A stretch of 64,000 nucleotides of DNA from Pseudomonadota bacterium (GTDB lineage: Bacteria; Pseudomonadota; Alphaproteobacteria; Rhodobacterales; Rhodobacteraceae), in contig JBCBBB010000002.1 of the NCBI GenBank assembly GCA_038532095.1, positions 31,875 to 95,874 on the forward strand, in the 5' to 3' direction. Shown one piece after another: positions 58,856 to 64,000 of the stretch. Within the stretch, counting starts at the first letter, position 1; each line of letters opens with the position of its first letter. The notes under the pieces are model-generated. The model was not told the origin of the DNA, did no database searches, and saw nothing but the letters and a program-made list of their open reading frames with translations. The position numbers were made by a program, and so were the translations under genes.

Positions 58856-61819
58856 TTATCCTTTCAGCGTCAGCGCGTCATCCACGAGCGCTGCTTGTTG
58901 TGCCTTGTGAGCGGAGGCCAGACCTGTCGCCGGGGAGGCGCTGGCGGCGCGGCCTGCGTAGACGGGCCGGGTGTGCTTGGCTTTGATGCGGGTCAGGACC
59001 CATTCGATATTGGGTTCGATGAACGTCCAACCGCCCTGGTTCTTGGGCTCTTCCTGGCACCAGACCCAATCGGCGTTCTTGAACCGCTTGAGTTCCTTGA
59101 CCATGGCTTGCGCCGGGAAGGGGTAGAATTGTTCGATGCGGAGCAAGTAGATGTCATCGATCCCTCGCGCGTCACGCTCGTCCAGCAGATCGTAATAGAC
59201 CTTGCCCGAGCACATGACGACGCGCTTGATTTTGTCATCGGCCACCAGCTTGGTGTCCGAATTGCCCTTTTCGGCATCGTCCCAAAGGACGCGGTGGAAC
59301 GACGATCCGGTCAGCATGTCTTCCGCGTTGCTGATCGCCATCTTGTGACGCAAGAGCGACTTCGGCGTCATCAGTACCAGCGGCTTCCGGTATGACCGGT
59401 GGAGCTGGCGGCGCAGGATGTGGAAGTAGTTGGCCGGGGTCGTGCAGTTGGCGACGATCCAATTGTCTTCCGCGCACATTTGTAGGAAGCGCTCGAGGCG
59501 GGCGGAGGAGTGCTCCGGCCCCTGACCTTCGAAACCGTGGGGCAGAAGCATCACGAGGCCCGACATGCGCAGCCACTTGCGTTCCCCTGACGAGATGAAC
59601 TGGTCGAACATGATCTGCGCGCCGTTGGCGAAGTCGCCGAACTGCGCTTCCCAGAGAACCAGTGCGTTCGGTTCAGCAAGCGAGTAGCCATACTCAAAGC
59701 CGCAGACAGCATATTCGGAAAGCATCGAGTCGATGACTTCGTAGCGGGCCTGGCCTTCCTGGATATGGTTCAGCGGCTTGTATCGTTCCTCGGTTTCCTG
59801 GTTCACGAAAGCCGAGTGGCGCTGGCTGAATGTGCCGCGCGTCGAGTCCTGCCCTGCCAGTCGGACAGGGTAGCCTTCGGTCAGCAGGGAGCCAAAGGCC
59901 AGAGCCTCTGCCGTGGCCCAATCGAAGCCTTGGCCGGTCTCAAACATCTTGCGTTTAGAATCGAGCAGGCGATCCACGGTGCGGTGAATGGCGAAACCGT
60001 CCGGCACGCGTGTCAACGTGGCGCCGATCTTGTCCATCGTCTTCTTGGAAATCGCTGTCTTGCCGCGCTGGTATTGCTCGCCTTCCTTGTCGAGGTGGCT
60101 CCAGCGCCCATCCAGCCAATCGGCCTTGTTGGGTTTGAAGGATTTCCCGGCCTCGAACTCCTCGTTCAGATAGGCCTGGAACTGCGCTTTCATATCCTCG
60201 ATCTCGCCCTCGGGGATCAGCCCATCCTGCACGAGACGCTCGGTATAAAGGGACAAGGTCGTCTTATGCCCTTTGATCTTTTTGTACATCATCGGGTTGG
60301 TGAACATCGGCTCATCGCCTTCGTTGTGACCGAAGCGGCGATAGCAGAAGATGTCGAGCACCACGTCTTTGTGGAACTTCTGGCGGAACTCCGTGGCGAC
60401 TTTCGCGGCGTGCACAACCGCTTCCGGGTCATCGCCATTCACGTGGAAGATTGGCGCTTCGACCATCAATGCAATGTCGGTCGGATAGGGCGACGAGCGC
60501 GAGAAATGCGGTGCAGTCGTGAACCCGATCTGGTTGTTCACAACGATGTGGATTGTGCCACCGGTCTTGTGACCTTTGAGGCCCGAGAGACCGAAGCACT
60601 CGGCGACCACACCTTGACCGGCAAAGGCTGCATCGCCGTGGAGGAGGATGGTCAGCACCTGGGTGCGTTCGGCATCTTTCAACTGATCCTGTTTGGCCCG
60701 CGCCTTACCCAGGCAGACCGGGTTCACCGCTTCTAGGTGACTTGGGTTGGCGGTGAGCGACAGGTGCACGGAGTTGCCATCAAACTCGCGGTCAGACGAC
60801 GCGCCGAGGTGGTACTTCACGTCACCCGAGCCATCGACATCTTCCGGCTTGAAGCTGCCGCCCTGAAATTCGTTGAAGATCGCCTTGTAGGGCTTGCCCA
60901 TCACGTTGGCGAGCACCGAGAGACGCCCGCGGTGCGGCATGCCGACGATGATATCCTTCAGGCCCAATTGTCCGCCGCGCTTGATGATCTGTTCCATCGC
61001 CGGGACAAGACTTTCGCCACCATCCAGACCGAAGCGCTTGGTGCCGGTGTATTTGACGTGCAGGAACTTCTCGAAGCCCTCAGCTTCGACCAGTTTGTTC
61101 AGGATCGCCTTCCGCCCTTCGCGGGTGAAGCCGATCTCTTTGCCATACCCCTCGATCCGTTCCTTCAGCCAGGAGGCTTCCTCGGGGTTCGAGATATGCA
61201 TGTATTGCAGCGCAAAGGTGCCGCAATAGGTGCGCTTCACGATGGCGATGATCTCGCGCATCGACGCCATTTGCAGGCCGAGCACGTTGTCGATGAAGAT
61301 CGGGCGATCCATGTCGGCTTCGGTGAAGCCATAGGATTTCGGATCGAGCTCGGGGTGCGGGGTCTGGTCGCGCATGCCGAGCGGGTCGAGGTCGGCGACA
61401 AGGTGACCCCGGATACGATAGGCGCGGATGATCATCAGCGCGCGGATGCTGTCGAGCACGGCACGCTTGATCTGGTCTTCGCTGACGCTTACACCCCTTT
61501 CCTCGGCCTTCGCCGCGATTTTCTGAGCCGCTTTTGCTTGAACGGCGAGCCCCAGATCGCCCCATTGCCCGTCAAGGGCGGAGGTCAGCTCATCATTCGG
61601 CTGCGGCGGCCAATCGGCGCGCGCCCAGCTTGGCCCCTCGGCCTCACGCTTGGCATCAATCTCGGTGTCGCCAAGCTCCCGGAAGAACTGCTGCCACGCC
61701 GCATCGACCGCGTTCGGGTCGTTTGCGTATCGCGCATAGAGCTGCTCGATATACTCGGCGTTGTGGCCTTGCAGGAAGGACGAGGCCTTGAAGATGTCGT
61801 TTGGGGATTGGTCGGTCAT
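58856..61819 (-). CDS. sucA: 2-oxoglutarate dehydrogenase E1 component
   Basis: 987 aa. SFL.G.NA.YIE.LY..Y..DP..VD..W..FF at the N-terminus, then ...RGH..A.LDPLG and ...[13 protein letters not shown]. Confidence 0.98.
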   Translation of the reverse strand: MTDQSPNDIFKASSFLQGHNAEYIEQLYARYANDPNAVDAAWQQFFRELGDTEIDAKREAEGPSWARADWPPQPNDELTSALDGQWGDLGLAVQAKAAQKIAAKAEERGVSVSEDQIKRAVLDSIRALMIIRAYRIRGHLVADLDPLGMRDQTPHPELDPKSYGFTEADMDRPIFIDNVLGLQMASMREIIAIVKRTYCGTFALQYMHISNPEEASWLKERIEGYGKEIGFTREGRKAILNKLVEAEGFEKFLHVKYTGTKRFGLDGGESLVPAMEQIIKRGGQLGLKDIIVGMPHRGRLSVLANVMGKPYKAIFNEFQGGSFKPEDVDGSGDVKYHLGASSDREFDGNSVHLSLTANPSHLEAVNPVCLGKARAKQDQLKDAERTQVLTILLHGDAAFAGQGVVAECFGLSGLKGHKTGGTIHIVVNNQIGFTTAPHFSRSSPYPTDIALMVEAPIFHVNGDDPEAVVHAAKVATEFRQKFHKDVVLDIFCYRRFGHNEGDEPMFTNPMMYKKIKGHKTTLSLYTERLVQDGLIPEGEIEDMKAQFQAYLNEEFEAGKSFKPNKADWLDGRWSHLDKEGEQYQRGKTAISKKTMDKIGATLTRVPDGFAIHRTVDRLLDSKRKMFETGQGFDWATAEALAFGSLLTEGYPVRLAGQDSTRGTFSQRHSAFVNQETEERYKPLNHIQEGQARYEVIDSMLSEYAVCGFEYGYSLAEPNALVLWEAQFGDFANGAQIMFDQFISSGERKWLRMSGLVMLLPHGFEGQGPEHSSARLERFLQMCAEDNWIVANCTTPANYFHILRRQLHRSYRKPLVLMTPKSLLRHKMAISNAEDMLTGSSFHRVLWDDAEKGNSDTKLVADDKIKRVVMCSGKVYYDLLDERDARGIDDIYLLRIEQFYPFPAQAMVKELKRFKNADWVWCQEEPKNQGGWTFIEPNIEWVLTRIKAKHTRPVYAGRAASASPATGLASAHKAQQAALVDDALTLKG

Positions 61820-62331
61820 GGGGTCACCTCATGCGGGTTGGGACCGTATTTGTTGGGGCCGGGTTGGGAGGGCTGAGACAGTTTGTAAGCAATAAAAGCT
61901 AATGCCAGAGCGACCGCGTAAAGAGTTGTGAATAGTACCGCGCCGAAGGCGGCAAACGAGTTCGCTGTTGGACCATTCATTGCAAAGAAAAGCTCGGAAA
62001 CAACAGGAGGCACTAAACCAACCACCAATACGGGCAGGAACAATATCAAAGCGCTTCGACCGGCGTCGTGCAGCCGTCGTATGGATGCCGAAGCCAGAGG
62101 AATAGCGCAGACACCAAAAGCAAAAAGCCACGCCGGTTCATCTAGGGGTATGAAGAACATTGACAGGCCGGTTTTCTTGGTCGGAGGGGCAAGTCCAATG
62201 ACGCTGACATAAATGGCCAACAGGAACGCCAAAACTGTCACGGCCAAGCGCCAATAATCTTGGCAGGATGTCCTTCCATGGATTTCAAAGGTCCTAGATA
62301 GCTCCTTCAGAAAGGCTGGTGATGGCGCCAT
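61816..62331 (-). CDS. DUF805 family inner-membrane protein
   Basis: F...GR.S..DYWR and IRRLHDAGRS are DUF805 hallmarks. Four TM segments. The stop overlaps the sucA ATG (ATGA). The ATG at 62331 has GGGAGG 6 nt upstream. Confidence 0.8.
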   Translation of the reverse strand: MAPSPAFLKELSRTFEIHGRTSCQDYWRLAVTVLAFLLAIYVSVIGLAPPTKKTGLSMFFIPLDEPAWLFAFGVCAIPLASASIRRLHDAGRSALILFLPVLVVGLVPPVVSELFFAMNGPTANSFAAFGAVLFTTLYAVALALAFIAYKLSQPSQPGPNKYGPNPHEVTP

Positions 62332-62454
62332 CACAAACCTCCCGCCCGGTGTGAAGCAGCAGGCAGCGCCCGACCCGCCCCACAGGGCGGGCGCTTCTCG
62401 CCCACCCTCGGGCCGGGCGCTGCCCTTTGTGATATGTCCGGGCGCTTGAGCACG

Positions 62455-62574
62455 TTACTCTACGGTCTCGATGGCAGGCACCGACCCTTCCGCATAAGCC
62501 AGCGCCGCGCCCCATCCGAGGAAGAGCGCGGCCAGCAGGACGGCGGATATCTTGCGTCTGAGATGTGTTTCCAT
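62455..62574 (-). CDS. unannotated 39-codon ORF: METHLRRKISAVLLAALFLGWGAALAYAEGSVPAIETVE
   Basis: It falls below the 60-aa cut-off of the supplied track. The ATG at 62574 is preceded by AGGAGG (62583-62588, 8-nt spacer), which overlaps the sucD stop codon. The layout is signal-peptide/TM-like: basic N-terminus, hydrophobic core, ALA-YA. Confidence 0.45.
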   Translation of the reverse strand: METHLRRKISAVLLAALFLGWGAALAYAEGSVPAIETVE

Positions 62575-62586
62575 GGACGGGTCCTC

Positions 62587-63468
62587 CTACCCGATGGCCT
62601 CCAGCATCGCCTCACCCAGCTGGGCCGGGCTGTCGGCCACGACGATGCCGGCGGAGCGCATGGCTTCGATCTTGTCATCCGCGCCGCCTTTGCCACCGGC
62701 GACAATCGCGCCCGCGTGGCCCATCCGGCGGCCCGGAGGAGCGGTGCGGCCCGCGATGAACCCGGCGACCGGCTTGGAGCGGCCTTTAGCAGCTTCATCC
62801 TTAAGAAATTGTGCGGCTTCTTCCTCAGCGGAACCGCCGATCTCACCGATCATGATGATCGATTGCGTTTCATCATCGGCGAGGAACCATTCGAGTACGT
62901 CGAGATGCTCGGTCCCCTTGATCGGGTCGCCGCCGATGCCGACGCAGGTCGATTGGCCAAGGCCCACGTCGGAGGTCTGCTTCACAGCTTCATAAGTCAG
63001 CGTGCCGGAGCGGGAGACGACGCCGACCGAGCCTTTCTTGTGGATGTGGCCCGGCATGATGCCGATTTTGCATTCGTCGGGCGTGATGACACCCGGGCAG
63101 TTGGGGCCGATCAGGATGCTGTCCGACCCTTCGAGCGCGCGCTTCACGGCCATCATGTCGAGCACCGGAATGCCCTCGGTGATGGCGACGATCACGGGGA
63201 TCTCGGCGTCGATGGCTTCCAGGATCGAGTCGGCAGCGAAGGGCGGTGGCACATAGATCACGGTCGCATTCGCGCCGGTCTTGGCCACGGCCTCATGACA
63301 CGAGTTGAAGACCGGTAGGTCAAGATGCTCCTGCCGGCCTTTGCCGGGAGTGACGCCGCCGACCATCTGCGTGCCATAGGCAATCGCCTGTTCCGAGTGA
63401 AAGGTGCCTTGAGAGCCGGTGAAGCCCTGACAGATAACCTTGGTATTTTTGTTAATAAGTACGGCCAT
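62587..63468 (-). CDS. sucD: succinate--CoA ligase subunit alpha
   Basis: [41 protein letters not shown] and ...[10 protein letters not shown] (phosphohistidine loop region: GHAGAI), 293 aa. Confidence 0.97.
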   Translation of the reverse strand: MAVLINKNTKVICQGFTGSQGTFHSEQAIAYGTQMVGGVTPGKGRQEHLDLPVFNSCHEAVAKTGANATVIYVPPPFAADSILEAIDAEIPVIVAITEGIPVLDMMAVKRALEGSDSILIGPNCPGVITPDECKIGIMPGHIHKKGSVGVVSRSGTLTYEAVKQTSDVGLGQSTCVGIGGDPIKGTEHLDVLEWFLADDETQSIIMIGEIGGSAEEEAAQFLKDEAAKGRSKPVAGFIAGRTAPPGRRMGHAGAIVAGGKGGADDKIEAMRSAGIVVADSPAQLGEAMLEAIG

Positions 63469-63557
63469 AATGGTCCTCTGTTCTGGCTTGCGTGCGTCCT
63501 GGCCGGCTATCGGCCCGTTGAGTTGTCTTGGTGTATGTGCGGAAAAGCTTCATAGGC

Positions 63558-64000
63558 TCACATCGACAGGTGAATTGCAGCGCCTGCGCCCGGCCCGCAA
63601 CGATTTGACCCGCTCGGAATCAGCGCTTCCATCATCAACCGGTTGCCACTTGGTTCAGCAACAACCATCGGGCAATCGTCTGCGGCCTGCGGACGACGTT
63701 CGCGAGCAAGGCCGGGAAAACGGTAATTGTAAGCCTGCCAGATCAACGACTGTGCAGATGCCTGTGGAAGGATCGATGTCGCGACCACACAGCGGGCGCC
63801 GTAGGCGTTGACGCTAGGGAGCGCGACATAGCCAGTGATATCGGCAATGGTGAAATCCAATTGACGCGCTCGGACTGTCGGATCGACGAGGGTGAAGTCG
63901 TGTTGCGGCGCAGGGTTTGCTGTCAGTTGCACGCCCGCCTGTTGCAAAGCACCGGGAATAGCCTCCCAGTTCTGGTGATGCTGCAGGCAGATGTCGAGGA
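63558..64000 (-). CDS. hypothetical protein, C-terminal part (the frame stays open to the window edge); it is not SucC
   Basis: The reading frame continues upstream of the TTG used by the track (..LDICLQHHQNWEAIPGA-LQQAGVQL..). The translation shows none of the ATP-grasp or C-terminal features of succinyl-CoA ligase beta. Confidence 0.45.
   Translation of the reverse strand, partial: LDICLQHHQNWEAIPGALQQAGVQLTANPAPQHDFTLVDPTVRARQLDFTIADITGYVALPSVNAYGARCVVATSILPQASAQSLIWQAYNYRFPGLARERRPQAADDCPMVVAEPSGNRLMMEALIPSGSNRCGPGAGAAIHLSM

Overview
About 64 kb of high-GC chromosomal DNA, roughly 60% by eye. Gene content and synteny point to an alphaproteobacterium, most likely Rhodobacterales (roseobacter-type), on these markers: DUF1013/TrcR, a COQ9-like gene divergent from rpsU, PhaR, Sco plus PCuAC, and atpHAGDC without the F0 genes. 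This taxonomic placement is an inference. The window is mainly core housekeeping. In order: pyk (3' part), rpmI-rplT-pheS-pheT, GST, ytoQ, mscL, ald/lrp, osmC, rpsU, qor, RNase T2, trcR, dnaX-ybaB-recR, SRP RNA (ffs), a Cache-GGDEF-EAL sensor, a CpdB-like nucleotidase, nudC, ftsW-murG-murC, nth-adenosine kinase, an AraC-Ogt fusion, an OmpA lipoprotein, clpA, gloB, atpHAGDC, sco/PCuAC, hemE/hemC, phaR, lpdA and sucD-sucA-sucB. I found no tRNA, rRNA, CRISPR array, IS element, integrase or prophage gene. The non-core content consists of short insertions inside otherwise conserved gene strings. (1) An overlapping three-gene cassette (ankyrin protein, Cys-phosphatase, membrane protein) plus a DUF465 gene lies between ffs and dnaX. 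(2) A ~1.2 kb insert between pheS and pheT carries small ORFs, one of them a 3-TM protein translationally coupled to pheT. (3) A low-GC orphan gene is flanked by twin hairpins. (4) A TraB/GumN gene sits between ybaB and recR. (5) Small ORFs are threaded through the suc/lpd operon, including a 39-codon ORF that the 60-aa ORF track missed. Non-coding structures worth a look are a ~180-bp inverted-repeat element between ompA-like and clpA, a three-way alternative hairpin set between atpD and atpC, CTGC-N3-GCAG palindromes upstream of phaR, and an operator-like palindrome in the arsR-type gene promoter. None of these can be called a defined new system from sequence alone. The ankyrin/phosphatase/TM cassette and the pheS-pheT insert are the best candidates. 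All functional calls come from reading the translations for family motifs; no database search was run.
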